From contig JAVECO010000173.1 in NCBI GenBank assembly GCA_051942205.1, positions 1 to 47,898 on the forward strand: 47,898 nucleotides of DNA. The letters run 5' to 3'. The number at the start of each line of letters is the position of its first letter. Position 1 is the first letter of the stretch. A program made the translations under genes and the position numbers. The notes under the pieces are model-generated. The model saw only the letters and a list, made by a program, of their open reading frames with translations, was not told where the DNA came from and ran no database searches. Origin of the DNA: Coniocarpon cinnabarinum. Lineage: Eukaryota. This document shows, in pieces, positions 47,631 through 47,898 of the stretch.

Positions 47631-47898
47631 ATGCGTTTTACTACCCTCTTTGCGGCCGCTCTGGCTCTGGCTCTTCCACTCACTGCTCAGAACCATCCCG
47701 ACCATAATGATGCAGTTGGTGCGCACTCCAAACGCGCCGCCGAAGCTATTGCAGATCCTCTCAACGCCCTCGACGTCCTCAACAGCGCCCTTCCTCCTGG
47801 ACAACAGGTGGCAGGTCATCGGTCCGCAGCGCCTCATCCAGCGCCTGCCCCAGCACCAAGACCTGCGCCGCCGCCCTCGAAACCACCTGCTCCTCCTC
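47631..47898 (+). CDS. Secreted Pro-rich protein, 5' part only (absent from the ORF track because it runs off the window)
   Basis: MRFTTLFAAALALALPLTA-QNHPDHNDAVGAHSKR-AAEAIADPLNALDVLNSALPPGQQVAGHRSAAPHPAPAPAPRPAPPPSKPPAPP: signal peptide, frame open to the window end. Confidence 0.75.
   Translation, partial: MRFTTLFAAALALALPLTAQNHPDHNDAVGAHSKRAAEAIADPLNALDVLNSALPPGQQVAGHRSAAPHPAPAPAPRPAPPPSKPPAPP

Overview
Gene-dense euchromatic segment of a filamentous ascomycete genome (Pezizomycotina; short GT-AG introns with CTAAC/CTGAC-type branch points). I can support 21 protein-coding genes. In order: DUF2237 protein (3' end cut off by the window), xylitol/sorbitol dehydrogenase, CE2 esterase, M43 metalloprotease, CDC50/LEM3, PMT2, an MFS sugar porter, CHS7, a BRCT/AT-hook protein, a coiled-coil protein, DUF1996-WSC, a 2OG-Fe(II) oxygenase, a SUN glucanase, DUF202, DBP5, BZZ1, a PAF-acetylhydrolase-like lipase, ACR3, a delta-12 desaturase, a hypothetical protein, and a truncated secreted Pro-rich protein missing from the ORF track. 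I saw no transposon, tRNA, rRNA or CRISPR. The strongest unusual signal is in the sugar porter: a ~148-codon open, protein-like N-terminal extension with no ATG, a candidate AUU start in strong context (GCCAAG-ATT), and ~680 nt free of ATG in all three frames. This suggests non-AUG and leaky-scanning production of two isoforms. Other signals are a probable dual-start (secreted/cytosolic) DUF2237, a uORF created by splicing in the SUN leader, a Kex2/Ste13-type propeptide, and a run of 15 consecutive minus-strand genes with short spacers. All family calls come from motif recognition by eye, not database searches, and exon boundaries are hand-predicted.
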